A stretch of 64,000 nucleotides of DNA, taken from an uncultured candidate division Zixibacteria bacterium. GTDB lineage: Bacteria; Zixibacteria; MSB-5A5; UBA10806. Location: NCBI GenBank assembly GCA_963801605.1, contig CAWDFP010000006.1, positions 1,792,001 through 1,856,000 of the forward strand, given 5' to 3'. The notes beneath the pieces were generated by a model. It was not told the origin of the DNA, did not search any database, and saw only the letters and a list, made by a program, of their open reading frames with translations. Below, piece after piece: positions 29,357 through 38,807 of the stretch (position 1 is the stretch's first letter; every line of letters begins with the position of its first letter). The position numbers and the translations under genes are program-made.

Positions 29357-30997
29357 ATGAAAAATTTGCCAATTTTGTTGCTTTTGGAGTTGACGATCGT
29401 GGCTGTCATTGGGTCGGAATCTTTTGCCCAGTCACCGGGAGATACGATCGGGCAAACCCAATATGGTTATCAAAGCAATGGTTCTACCGGGCGACGAGTT
29501 GCCTGCGATGATCAGGGATATAGGCAGTTCATCTGGACTTATGCAGAGCCTTATCCCGGCCTGAGGTGGGTAAGATATGCATGTCTTGATCCAGACAATA
29601 ACCTCATTCAGGGACCGGTCAGCTATCGTAATGGAACTGGCTTTGCCCAGATTAGTCTGATGAGCGATAGCCGTGCTGTTTGTGTTTACCATCAGTCTAC
29701 GGCTAACGCCGAATCACTGTTCTGCGCAATTGATCAATTCCGATGTTTGGACGCTTTTGATACTCGTCACCCGCCGAATAGAATAGGGGCTAACAAGTTG
29801 CTATGGCCTTTTGTATCAATTGATCATAATGACCGAGTGCAGTTGGTGGCCACCACGTCTACTAATGGGCTGGCTTATACCTATGCCCCGATGGGCTACA
29901 CCCGATCTAATAATGGTGGCACTACATGGGTTTCCATAACCGCCGTTGATACTGTAAGAACTGTATCTCCGATAATAGTTGCTAGCAAGGTATCCGATAA
30001 AGTAGCCATTGTTTATAATCACCCTACGGATTCGACCTCAGCCAGAAACAATGTTTATTATATAGAATCGGCTGATGGTATCACTTGGAACAACTTTACG
30101 CCCAAAATTAATATCACCGGTTATGGCACAAATGGTGATTCCCTATATGCATGGAACGAAGTCAGTGCCGTTTACGACTACAATGACAATCTGCATATTA
30201 TCTGGAGCGCGCAGTATGTTTCAGGTTCCCCAGGTTCAGCGCCAAGATTGATCGTACCAGGCACCCGTCTTTACCATTGGGTAAGCAACACAAATGTAAT
30301 TAGTATAGTTGATAGATACGACACCACATGGCCCGAATCCGGATGCAATTTTGAGGATGGTTCTTTTATCTATTCCCAATACTCCATCGCTGTAGATTTG
30401 GCGAATCTTCTAATAATTGCCTACACAAGTTGGGATTCTACAGACTGCTCGGCTGCAGGATATGCCAATGGCGATATCTACTTACAAGCTTCTAACAATT
30501 ACGGTTCAACTTGGACTCCCAAAATGAACGTTACAAATTCGCGTACACCCGGATGTGCTTCTGGCGGTTGTGCATCGGATATTTTTCCATCATTAGCTGA
30601 AAAAATTAGTTTTGGGCCGTATGCGCATATCTTTTATGTCTGCGATAGATCAGGAGGCGGGGAGGTAACCGATTATCCTTTGCTTTATATTAAAGTGTTA
30701 GCAGAATCCATTGATGATATTCCAGCGCTGCCTGCAGGCTTTGCTCTCTCCCAAAACTACCCCAACCCCTTTAATGCTCAAACATCTATTTCTTTTACGC
30801 TGCCCTATCGATGTTCGGTCAATCTATCGATTTATGACATTCTGGGGCGAAAGCAAACGATCTTGATTGATGGAGTCCAGGAAGCAGGACAACATCAAGT
30901 GATATGGGACGCATCCAATTTTGCATCGGGTGTATATTATGCGCGGCTGCAAACCGAACAGGTCAGCCAAAACGTTAAAATGGTCGTCCTGAAGTAG
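29357..30997 (+). CDS. Secreted Asp-box/BNR beta-propeller protein with T9SS-type-A-like C-terminal sorting domain
   Basis: Signal peptide; SNNGGTTW, SADGITW, SNNYGSTW; FALSQNYPNPFNAQT...IYDILGR...SGVYY...KMVVLK. Confidence 0.85.
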   Translation: MKNLPILLLLELTIVAVIGSESFAQSPGDTIGQTQYGYQSNGSTGRRVACDDQGYRQFIWTYAEPYPGLRWVRYACLDPDNNLIQGPVSYRNGTGFAQISLMSDSRAVCVYHQSTANAESLFCAIDQFRCLDAFDTRHPPNRIGANKLLWPFVSIDHNDRVQLVATTSTNGLAYTYAPMGYTRSNNGGTTWVSITAVDTVRTVSPIIVASKVSDKVAIVYNHPTDSTSARNNVYYIESADGITWNNFTPKINITGYGTNGDSLYAWNEVSAVYDYNDNLHIIWSAQYVSGSPGSAPRLIVPGTRLYHWVSNTNVISIVDRYDTTWPESGCNFEDGSFIYSQYSIAVDLANLLIIAYTSWDSTDCSAAGYANGDIYLQASNNYGSTWTPKMNVTNSRTPGCASGGCASDIFPSLAEKISFGPYAHIFYVCDRSGGGEVTDYPLLYIKVLAESIDDIPALPAGFALSQNYPNPFNAQTSISFTLPYRCSVNLSIYDILGRKQTILIDGVQEAGQHQVIWDASNFASGVYYARLQTEQVSQNVKMVVLK

Positions 30998-31010
30998 TAT
31001 CGAGGTTAAT

Positions 31011-31033
31011 AAAGCGCGGTCGAACGCTTTTTT
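31011..31033 (+). terminator. Intrinsic terminator
   Basis: AAAGCG-loop-CGCTTT followed by a T tract after 30997. Confidence 0.55.
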
Positions 31034-31211
31034 AAGTTAGTCAAAATGGAATTTAAGATTGCTATGTTCGAAGCATGGCAATTTGCTTCTATTTTAGCCT
31101 TGCTAAATCCGTTATAAATTGTTAATTAAATAGGACCAAAAGAGGTGTTATTTTGGTTTCCGACTGGTTACGTTTTACAGGGGGCTGGGCAGGCAATCTT
31201 TGGAGGATAAA

Positions 31212-31844
31212 ATGAGCAAATTCGAGAAAATCTTGATTGTTTTGCTGATGGGCTCACTATGGGGCGCGCTGGAGCTGTTCGGCGGTGATGCCATGCGTGC
31301 GCTGGGAATACCCAATAAGTCGGCCTTCCTGTTCGCACTGGGCTTGATAATTCTCTACGCTTCAAAACGGATGGTTGATTTTACCGGTTCGGTAATTATG
31401 ATGGCCCTTATCGCGGGCCTGTTCAAGACAGCATCCGCTCATTTTTACGCCTGTCAATTTGCGGCCGTGATGATTAACGGCGCTGTATTCGATATTTCAT
31501 ACAAGGTGTTTAAGAATCAGCTCGATTCCAGCCCTATTTACAGATCAATAGCTGCTCCGATTATCGCTTATATGTCATACACGATATTTGCGGTAGCTGC
31601 AACCTACGCAATAGGCGGACCGGAATGGCACGGCTCGGGCTTGCAGGGAATCGCTGATTATTTGGCGGGAAGCGGCCTGATTGCGGCAGCAGCGTCAATC
31701 GTGACGATCAATCTTGGATATTATCTGGGCGGCGTATTACGGCCCATAGTTGTCGAAAAGCGAACCGGAATACCTGTGTCATTGATGAAGATATCATCGC
31801 TGGTGATAGTGGTCGCCATCTGGGTCGCCGGTCAAGTCTATTAA
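31212..31844 (+). CDS. Hypothetical 6-7 TM membrane protein leading the AOR operon (ECF S-component-like size)
   Basis: RBS GGAGG; ~210 aa and almost entirely hydrophobic helices. Confidence 0.7.
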   Translation: MSKFEKILIVLLMGSLWGALELFGGDAMRALGIPNKSAFLFALGLIILYASKRMVDFTGSVIMMALIAGLFKTASAHFYACQFAAVMINGAVFDISYKVFKNQLDSSPIYRSIAAPIIAYMSYTIFAVAATYAIGGPEWHGSGLQGIADYLAGSGLIAAAASIVTINLGYYLGGVLRPIVVEKRTGIPVSLMKISSLVIVVAIWVAGQVY

Positions 31845-31867
31845 TTGCTTTTAAGTTAAGGGGCATT

Positions 31868-32284
31868 ATGGAAACTAAAAGGCTTCGAGTCATTCCCGGT
31901 AAATGCAGCGGCTGCCGTTTGTGTACGCAAATATGCGCTCTCAGCCATTTTGATGTTATCAATCCTAAGAAAGCAAGTTTGCGTATCGAGGCGCGTTTTC
32001 CGCAACCGGGTCAATATAAACCGAGAGTCTGCTCTCAATGCGGCAAATGCCAGGAGATTTGTCCGGAGAACGCCATATACCGGCGCGACGATGGAGCCTA
32101 CATCGTAGTTAAGGAAAAATGCACCAATTGCGGTGAATGTATTGCAGTCTGCGCTCCGAAAGTGATATTTCAGCATAAAGATATCGATTATGTCATTATT
32201 TGCGATAATTGTTTCAAATGTACTGAACTTTGCAACACAGGTGCGTTAACAATATTCACCAGGCCTGTCAGGGAGACAATATAA
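31868..32284 (+). CDS. 4Fe-4S polyferredoxin subunit of AOR
   Basis: CSGCRLCTQIC, CSQCGKC..ICP, CTNCGECIAVC, CDNCFKCTELC. Confidence 0.9.
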   Translation: METKRLRVIPGKCSGCRLCTQICALSHFDVINPKKASLRIEARFPQPGQYKPRVCSQCGKCQEICPENAIYRRDDGAYIVVKEKCTNCGECIAVCAPKVIFQHKDIDYVIICDNCFKCTELCNTGALTIFTRPVRETI

Positions 32285-34203
32285 TGGCAAATGGGCTGGC
32301 GGGAACAACGCTGAGGATCAATCTATCAACTGGTGATATCAAGAGATATCCCACCGACGAAAAGCTGATGCGGGAATGGTTTGGAGGACGGGGGGCAATC
32401 GCCAAAATTCTATATGATGAAGTCCCTCGCGATGCTGATCCATTGGGACCCGAGAACCTGTTTATTATGACAGCCGGTCCGATGAGCGGAGCGTTTATTC
32501 CCGGCGGTGCAAAAATATCGTTTGGTTCCATTTCGCCATTAACCAATGGTCATGGTGATTCCAATATGGGCGGCCATCTCGGTCCGACTCTAAAATTTGC
32601 CGGATACGATATGGTGATATTTTCCGGTATCTCTCCTAAACCGGTCTATCTATATATCGATGATGATAAAGTTGAGATTCGGGATGCCTCCAAATATTGG
32701 GGGATAGGATCGTTAGATTGCGAGCCATTACTTAAAAAGGATTTAGGCGAGGATTTCGAGATCGCAACAATTGGGCCATCAGGGGAGAATGGTATTCGAT
32801 TTTCATGCATCACTCACGATTTTGGCCGTCAGGCAGGACGGACCGGGCAGGGCGCCGTCATGGGTTCGAAAAAGCTCAAGGCCATTGCAGTCCGAGGAAC
32901 TAAAGACCTCAAAGTGTACGATCTCAATAAGCTTACCGAACTGGTCACGGCGATTATTCTGCGAACCAAAGTCCATCCCAATATGGAACCGTGGCAAAAA
33001 TACGGCACGGCATTTTTCATTGACTGGTCGAATAAAAACGCGGTTATACCAACCCGAAATTTCCAGACTACTTATTATGAAAGTATCAGCGGTATCGATG
33101 GCGAACAGCTGGTGCAAAAATGCTTAATAACGCACAAGGCTTGTTTCGGCTGTTGGATGAATTGCGGTAAATATACCAAGGCTGTTATTCCGGGCAAGGA
33201 TACGGTTTATCTCGAAGGGCCAGAATATGAGACCGGTTCACTCTGCGGCTCCAATCTGGGAATGACCGAAATCAACCAGGTCGCTTATATCAATTGGCTC
33301 ATGGATAATGTCGGCATGGATACCATGTCGGGCGGCGGAGTGGTTGCATTCGGGATGGAATGTTTTCAGCGAGGCTTGATTACAAAGGATGATCTCGAAG
33401 GGCATTCGCTCAACTGGGGTTCCGTTGAGGATGTCGAACATTTTGTGGATATGATAGTTCATCGCCGCGGCATAGGCGAGTATTTTTCGGGCGGCACCAA
33501 ACGTGCAGCGGAATATATCGGACATAACAGCGAAAAGTTCGCCATGCAGGTTAAGGGGCAGGAGATGTCGGGCTATGATGGCCGTTACGCTCCGGGGATG
33601 ATGCTTTCGTATATGACCTGTGATATTGGCGCCCATCACAACCGCTCCTGGACCATCACAGTTGACATGGCTGAGGGGCAGGATAAGATTGAGGGCCGGG
33701 CCAAGGTTGTGGTTTATTTACAGCATATCAGGCCTCTATTCGACTGCTGGTGCATCTGCCGTTTGTTCTGGGGCGAGCTCGATATCGAACCTGAGGAGAT
33801 CGTATCAGCGTTAAATTATGTTACCGGCTGGAATATCGATGCCGCCGAGGCGTTTAAAACCTCTGAAAAGATTTGGAATTTAGTACGATGCCATTACCTC
33901 GAACGCAATAATGCCAACGGTCGCAAATTCGATTATCCGCCTGCCCGCGCCTGGGAAGATAAGATTCCGACAGGACCTAACGAAGGAAAAGGACTGACGT
34001 GGGAACAGATCGAGGGCATGCTTGATGACTACTATGCATGTCGAGGTTGGGATAATAATGGTAACCCCACCCGCGAGGTGTTGCACGACTTAAAACTTGA
34101 TTTCGCCGCTGATGACCTTGAAAAGATCGGGCTTTTGGGCAAACCGCTTGCCAACGGCATTCCAGTGGTACGCGGTGAAAGATATAAGCCAAAGGCGTTT
34201 TAA
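32284..34203 (+). CDS. aor: Tungsten-dependent aldehyde:ferredoxin oxidoreductase family protein
   Basis: GGRG, DSNMGG, AGRTGQGAVMGSKKLKAI, CFGCWMNC, EGPEYET, GMDTMS. Confidence 0.93.
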   Translation: MANGLAGTTLRINLSTGDIKRYPTDEKLMREWFGGRGAIAKILYDEVPRDADPLGPENLFIMTAGPMSGAFIPGGAKISFGSISPLTNGHGDSNMGGHLGPTLKFAGYDMVIFSGISPKPVYLYIDDDKVEIRDASKYWGIGSLDCEPLLKKDLGEDFEIATIGPSGENGIRFSCITHDFGRQAGRTGQGAVMGSKKLKAIAVRGTKDLKVYDLNKLTELVTAIILRTKVHPNMEPWQKYGTAFFIDWSNKNAVIPTRNFQTTYYESISGIDGEQLVQKCLITHKACFGCWMNCGKYTKAVIPGKDTVYLEGPEYETGSLCGSNLGMTEINQVAYINWLMDNVGMDTMSGGGVVAFGMECFQRGLITKDDLEGHSLNWGSVEDVEHFVDMIVHRRGIGEYFSGGTKRAAEYIGHNSEKFAMQVKGQEMSGYDGRYAPGMMLSYMTCDIGAHHNRSWTITVDMAEGQDKIEGRAKVVVYLQHIRPLFDCWCICRLFWGELDIEPEEIVSALNYVTGWNIDAAEAFKTSEKIWNLVRCHYLERNNANGRKFDYPPARAWEDKIPTGPNEGKGLTWEQIEGMLDDYYACRGWDNNGNPTREVLHDLKLDFAADDLEKIGLLGKPLANGIPVVRGERYKPKAF

Positions 34204-34205
34204 AT

Positions 34206-34445
34206 ATGCAGATATTCCTTAAATCTGGCGGGCAGCTTCGGGCGATGCTAAAGCCTGATGTTGATTACTATACACGCAAAGTCGAAGTGGAATCGGGCAA
34301 AACTATGGGGGAGATATTGAAATCGATCTCGCTCGATCCTGCTTATGTGGCTTTCATATATGTCGATGGCAAGATAAAAGATTTCAACTTTATACCATCC
34401 GATGGCCAGATAATCACTCTTCAACCGCCCGTATCAGGCGGCTAA
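34206..34445 (+). CDS. MoaD/ThiS sulfur-carrier protein
   Basis: 79 aa ending PPVSGG. Confidence 0.9.
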   Translation: MQIFLKSGGQLRAMLKPDVDYYTRKVEVESGKTMGEILKSISLDPAYVAFIYVDGKIKDFNFIPSDGQIITLQPPVSGG

Positions 34446-34454
34446 TACTTCAAA

Positions 34455-35180
34455 ATGCCTATCTCTAATTCTGAGCTTAAAAGATACCACCGTCAACTTC
34501 TAATTGAGGATTGGGATCAGGATAAACTCAGAAATGCGACTGTCGTGGTTGTAGGTTTGGGGGGGCTGGGAAGCGTCAGCTCGACATATCTGGCTGCAGC
34601 CGGCGTTGGTAATCTTAGAATTTGCGATAGCGATATTGTCGAATTATCCAATCTCAACCGTCAGATTTTATTTTCAACTGAAGATATCGGAAAGGCCAAA
34701 GCCATACAGGCCGCGAAACGGCTTTCGACCTTAAATCCGGATATAAAAATTGAGCCAATTTCTGATAAACTTACCGTAAATAATGTTGGGGAAATCGTTT
34801 CGGGTTGTGATCTTATTATAGACGGCCTCGATAATCATGCTGATAGGTTAACCTTAAATCGAGCCTCATACAATTTTAAAATTCCACTTATTTACGGGGC
34901 AATTAACGAATGGCAGGGACAGGTAGGTTTCTTCAATCCACCTGATTCGCCCTGCCTGGCTTGTATTATGCCCGGCGATTTTAAGAGCCCAAAACCTATC
35001 CCGGTCTTTGGAGCTTTACCGGGAAGCATCGGGACTATTCAAGCCACTCTGGCATTGGAATATCTTATAAGGGGAGAAACCCCTTTATCGGGAAAGCTAC
35101 TGATTTATCATGCCGATAGGATGACATTTGATACGGTAGTTCTTGAAAAGAAAATCGGCTGCCGCGTATGCGGTGTGTAA
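34455..35180 (+). CDS. moeB: MoeB/ThiF adenylyltransferase
   Basis: RYHRQ, VGLGGLG, DIVELSNLNRQ, PCLAC, CRVCG. Confidence 0.9.
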   Translation: MPISNSELKRYHRQLLIEDWDQDKLRNATVVVVGLGGLGSVSSTYLAAAGVGNLRICDSDIVELSNLNRQILFSTEDIGKAKAIQAAKRLSTLNPDIKIEPISDKLTVNNVGEIVSGCDLIIDGLDNHADRLTLNRASYNFKIPLIYGAINEWQGQVGFFNPPDSPCLACIMPGDFKSPKPIPVFGALPGSIGTIQATLALEYLIRGETPLSGKLLIYHADRMTFDTVVLEKKIGCRVCGV

Positions 35181-35245
35181 AGAATTTTCAGAATTTTCCT
35201 TATAAAACCTGCCTATAATTCATTTTTATTGTAGAAGAATTGCAT

Positions 35246-35275
35246 AAAAAAAGACCGGCGATTTCCGCCGGTCTT
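35246..35275 (-). terminator. Intrinsic terminator between convergent genes (T tract on the minus strand)
   Basis: A7 then AAGACCGGCG-ATTTC-CGCCGGTCTT. Confidence 0.75.
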
Positions 35276-35331
35276 GTCGTGGTAGGTTACGTGGGACGGC
35301 CGTTAACGGGCCGTTCGACGCGGTTGATTAA

Positions 35332-35772
35332 TTAACTTATTCCATTAATCGGGCCGGAAACGTGCGTATTTTCCTTGTGAATCTGAACCTTATCGACGAT
35401 GACCATTGTCGGAAGACCGCAGCGGGAACCAGGGGTCGGGCTGAGTGTTCCATGGACATCGACAACAATGCCGTTTCTCAACGGAATGGATGGCTCAGTG
35501 ATGAACTGGAGTTCAACCACATTATCTTTGGTAATGGTCAAAGTTGTGCAGTTGACGCGATCTCTAAAATAAACACCTGTAAATACAACAAATCCCGGGC
35601 TGTTAATAACGGGGGCTTGAGTATCGGGGGTTACGATCCGGTTAACATCGGACCCATTTGGCATATTCAGGTTTTCAGTTAACGGCGATGTGGTACGGCT
35701 TCCGTTTGAACATCCGATAGCTACAATCATGATTGCGATTGTGCACAGTGCCAGAATTGATTTGGCTTTCAT
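35332..35772 (-). CDS. Hypothetical lipoprotein with a small Cys-containing OB-like C-terminal domain
   Basis: RBS AGGAGG; MKAK + hydrophobic stretch + AIG-C lipobox. Confidence 0.72.
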   Translation of the reverse strand: MKAKSILALCTIAIMIVAIGCSNGSRTTSPLTENLNMPNGSDVNRIVTPDTQAPVINSPGFVVFTGVYFRDRVNCTTLTITKDNVVELQFITEPSIPLRNGIVVDVHGTLSPTPGSRCGLPTMVIVDKVQIHKENTHVSGPINGIS

Positions 35773-35821
35773 TTGATTCCTCCTAATGTTTGGTTGAGTT
35801 TTCATATTACCTTTTCAATTA

Positions 35822-36040
35822 TTATTCGTTTACCGGTTCAATCGTCAGGCTTGATTCTCCAACCTTGTGCAAGCCTATCATTCTCTCCGTTAAAAAGGTT
35901 TGGGATGAAATCCACTGATGTGACATCTCTAAGACCTGCTCCTGGCTGACTTCGTCTATCCAATCAAGTACAATCGTATCAATTGTTTTCCCGTTGACAT
36001 CAAGATTTTCCATATTTAGCGTGAACTTCATTTTCATCAT
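35822..36040 (-). CDS. Small acidic hypothetical protein (~72 aa)
   Basis: G-rich RBS, protein-like composition, sigma54-like promoter just upstream. Confidence 0.7.
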   Translation of the reverse strand: MMKMKFTLNMENLDVNGKTIDTIVLDWIDEVSQEQVLEMSHQWISSQTFLTERMIGLHKVGESSLTIEPVNE

Positions 36041-36073
36041 TCCCCCCAAGCTGTTTTCACCGACATTATCTTA

Positions 36074-36229
36074 TTCAAAGCCCGTGCCGTAAGCGCAAGG
36101 GACCTGAAACATGTTTCAGCGTAACTCTTAACATCTTGATATATAGTGGTTTAAATAGTGAAACATGGATAAAGTCGGTAGCTGCTAAAAGGGGTATACA
36201 ATCTACTTAGATATGGGGTTGTTCCCATA
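36074..36229 (-). promoter_or_regulatory. Putative sigma54 promoter with IHF site and upstream inverted repeat
   Basis: Minus strand ACGGCACGGGCTTTGAA (36074-36090); TATCAAGATGTTA matching WATCAANNNNTTR (36129-36141); TATGGG-6nt-CCCATA (36212-36229). Confidence 0.6.
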
Positions 36230-36397
36230 GCTCTTGGTCTTTCCCCATGCCAAATCTTAAATATTGGTATCCAATCTGAGATGGCAAGCGCCCATAATTT
36301 GCTTGATTGTTAGTGTAGTTGAGATATATTAAGATAAATAGCGAAATGCGGTGACTTCAACCGGATTCGGCTCAATAAATAAATCAAGATGAGAGAG

Positions 36398-38491
36398 ATG
36401 AGAAAAAAACTCGTTAGTGTTATTATCTTTGCCTGGCTTATCGCTACAGCCAATCTTGCCATCGCATTTACTCCATCCGGGCTGCTCGAAATTCATTATG
36501 TCAACGTGGGTTGGGGAACATCCGTGTTGGTAATAGGCCCTGATGGTACTCGCATGCTCATGGATGGTGGGCGAGACAACATGGGAGTCAGTCGTGTCAT
36601 CCCCTATATGGAATCGTTTAATCTTTTGCCATCAGATGGGCTGACCTATGTAGTTGCAAGTCACCTGCATTCAGATCATATCGCCGGCTTAACGGAAACA
36701 ATGAATGGGGGATATAACGTTTCTGGGGCGGTTTATTACAATGGAAGCGACAATAGCAATACTTACGTTACAGCGTTTCGCAATGCCGCTATAAATCACT
36801 CTCCGGGCGCAATAGTACCATTAGCCCTGGGAGCGGTTATCCAGCTCGGCGATAGTGCCACGGCGACCTGTGTCTGTGCCAACGGATATGTCATCGGTCA
36901 TGGATATGTGCCTGGATCGCATGACGATGAAAATGATCGCTCTTTAGGAATTCTGATCAAATATGGGCGTTTCGAATATTTATTTGCTGGCGATCTGGGA
37001 GGTGGCGAAGGAGATTATGCTTGCACCGGACGGTCAACCAGCCAGGTAAATGTCGAGACAAATCTGGCTCAGGCTATTATGCCCGGCGGCGAGCATCCAC
37101 TGCTGACCGTCGATGGAGTGGAAGTGCTGCACGTTAACCATCATGCCAGCGAAAGTTCAACCAATTCCGATTATATGAATTTATTGACACCAGCAATTGC
37201 CTGCATAGCCGTTGGTGCGGGACAGTCTCCCGATTATATGTTTCCTCGGCATGACGTTGTCAATAATGTGCTTCTGGCCGGTGGGTATTGTATTACAGCG
37301 CCTCCAGCAAAAGTTTTACAGAGCGAGGAGGGATATCCCAGCGGCAGCCTGACAAGTTTTTCGGGTTTCTGTGTTGGAGACATCAAGATTACCACATCAG
37401 GGGTAGCCAATTATACAATTACCGCCGACGGCCAGGTTACTGAGGGCCCGGACGAAAGAATCACTGCCGGATTACCACTCACACTTCCATTCGATGGTGT
37501 CCCGCCGGATAATGTACCTCCATTAGTTTCCGTGGTATCTCCTAACGGAGACGAGCAATGGGCTGCCGGAAGCTGGCATCTTATCACCTGGGACGCCTTT
37601 GATTCCGTTGGGGTAGCATCATACGCCCTTGATTTTTCGTCGAATAATGGAAATACCTGGACGAGTATACAACCGCGTACCGATGGCGATCCCCGTGTAT
37701 TCGGCTGGTCCTTGCCATCCGATACTTCGAGCAATTGCCGGATAAGAGTCACAGCCTGGGATGCCGCCAATAACTTTGCCAGTGACAGTTCATATAGTAC
37801 TTTTGCAATTATAATGTCGCAGGATACAATCGCCCCCAACGCGACCCTTCTCGTTCCAAATGGGGGAGAGACATTGTACTTTGGGGAAATCGATACTATC
37901 AGATGGCTGGCAACGGATAATGTGGGGGTCGCTTCATATTCGTTAAGCTACACTATCAATAATGGTGGAAGTTGGAATACTATTCAGCCTCGCACTCCCG
38001 GCAATCCTCAAATTTTTGAATGGATAGTCCCCACTGTCAGCACAAGCAACTGCAAAGTGAGAGTGAATGCCTGGGATGATGTTCAGCATTTAGCGTCGGA
38101 CATTTCCGATGCGCCTTTTGCGATTACCTATCGCGATAATCAGGGACCGACGGTCGACATTATCCTGCCGGATGGTGGCGAAGTTTGGAGCGTCGGTTCG
38201 CAGCGTTATATATTCTGGAGCGCTAGCGATACCAGCGGTGTTGATTCCGTTTCGCTGCAATATTCTGTTGATGCCGGCGCCAGTTGGCGTATCATCTTTC
38301 CCAATACCCATGATAATTCCGGTTTTTATCTTTGGAATATTCCGGATGCCCGATCCAGGGACGCTCTAATTCGTGCCGTTTGCATGGACACTCATGGCAA
38401 TGTCGGTTCCGGTTCTTCTCAAGCAGTATTCACTATCAGAAAATCCCCGGTAGTGGATCATAACGCCCGAATCGAGCCGTTGGTCAGATAG
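36398..38491 (+). CDS. Secreted ComEC-type metallo-beta-lactamase-fold hydrolase with three Ig-like repeats
   Basis: Signal peptide; YVNVGWG, SHLHSDH, LFAGDL, VNHHASESS; repeats VSPNGDE / LVPNGGE / ILPDGGE with I.W.A.D..GV. Confidence 0.83.
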   Translation: MRKKLVSVIIFAWLIATANLAIAFTPSGLLEIHYVNVGWGTSVLVIGPDGTRMLMDGGRDNMGVSRVIPYMESFNLLPSDGLTYVVASHLHSDHIAGLTETMNGGYNVSGAVYYNGSDNSNTYVTAFRNAAINHSPGAIVPLALGAVIQLGDSATATCVCANGYVIGHGYVPGSHDDENDRSLGILIKYGRFEYLFAGDLGGGEGDYACTGRSTSQVNVETNLAQAIMPGGEHPLLTVDGVEVLHVNHHASESSTNSDYMNLLTPAIACIAVGAGQSPDYMFPRHDVVNNVLLAGGYCITAPPAKVLQSEEGYPSGSLTSFSGFCVGDIKITTSGVANYTITADGQVTEGPDERITAGLPLTLPFDGVPPDNVPPLVSVVSPNGDEQWAAGSWHLITWDAFDSVGVASYALDFSSNNGNTWTSIQPRTDGDPRVFGWSLPSDTSSNCRIRVTAWDAANNFASDSSYSTFAIIMSQDTIAPNATLLVPNGGETLYFGEIDTIRWLATDNVGVASYSLSYTINNGGSWNTIQPRTPGNPQIFEWIVPTVSTSNCKVRVNAWDDVQHLASDISDAPFAITYRDNQGPTVDIILPDGGEVWSVGSQRYIFWSASDTSGVDSVSLQYSVDAGASWRIIFPNTHDNSGFYLWNIPDARSRDALIRAVCMDTHGNVGSGSSQAVFTIRKSPVVDHNARIEPLVR

Positions 38492-38524
38492 CAATCCTTT
38501 AAAATCCCTTAGAATCGCATACAA

Positions 38525-38667
38525 GCGCGGGTTCCGCCTTTTGTCCCGATGAAATCGGGACAAAAGAGAGATATCCGATTGGGTAATTAGTCGTCCCGAT
38601 TCTTAGGGGCGGAGGCCAATCGGATTTCCGCGTCCCGATCAAGGATCGGGACGGGCGGAACCCGCGC
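38525..38667. repeat. Nested-palindrome intergenic element 1 (four-way junction, REP/MITE-like or ncRNA)
   Basis: 14-bp terminal IR GCGCGGGTTCCGCC/GGCGGAACCCGCGC enclosing three hairpins; GTCCCGAT occurs three times. Confidence 0.8.
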
Positions 38668-38807
38668 GCCTTTGCTATTGGCGATCAATTCCTTTTGACG
38701 GAATTACCCGACGCCGGTTAATCAGATATGGTACTCTTTTTTAGGAACTACCTTAATTGATGGCGGGTTCAAATTTTGAAACGCGAAACTATTTTATAGG
38801 AGGAATC

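Noticed and set aside
31080..31210. Moco/Tuco riboswitch or ModE/TunR box upstream of the AOR operon
   Set aside because: Only a half-site-like CGTTATA is visible, with no matching second half-site and no recognisable riboswitch motifs
38525..38667. CRISPR array or tRNA interpretation of the GTCCCGAT repeats
   Set aside because: The repeat units are short, unevenly spaced and nested in one fold, with no unique spacers or cas genes; there are no D-loop or T-loop motifs and no CCA
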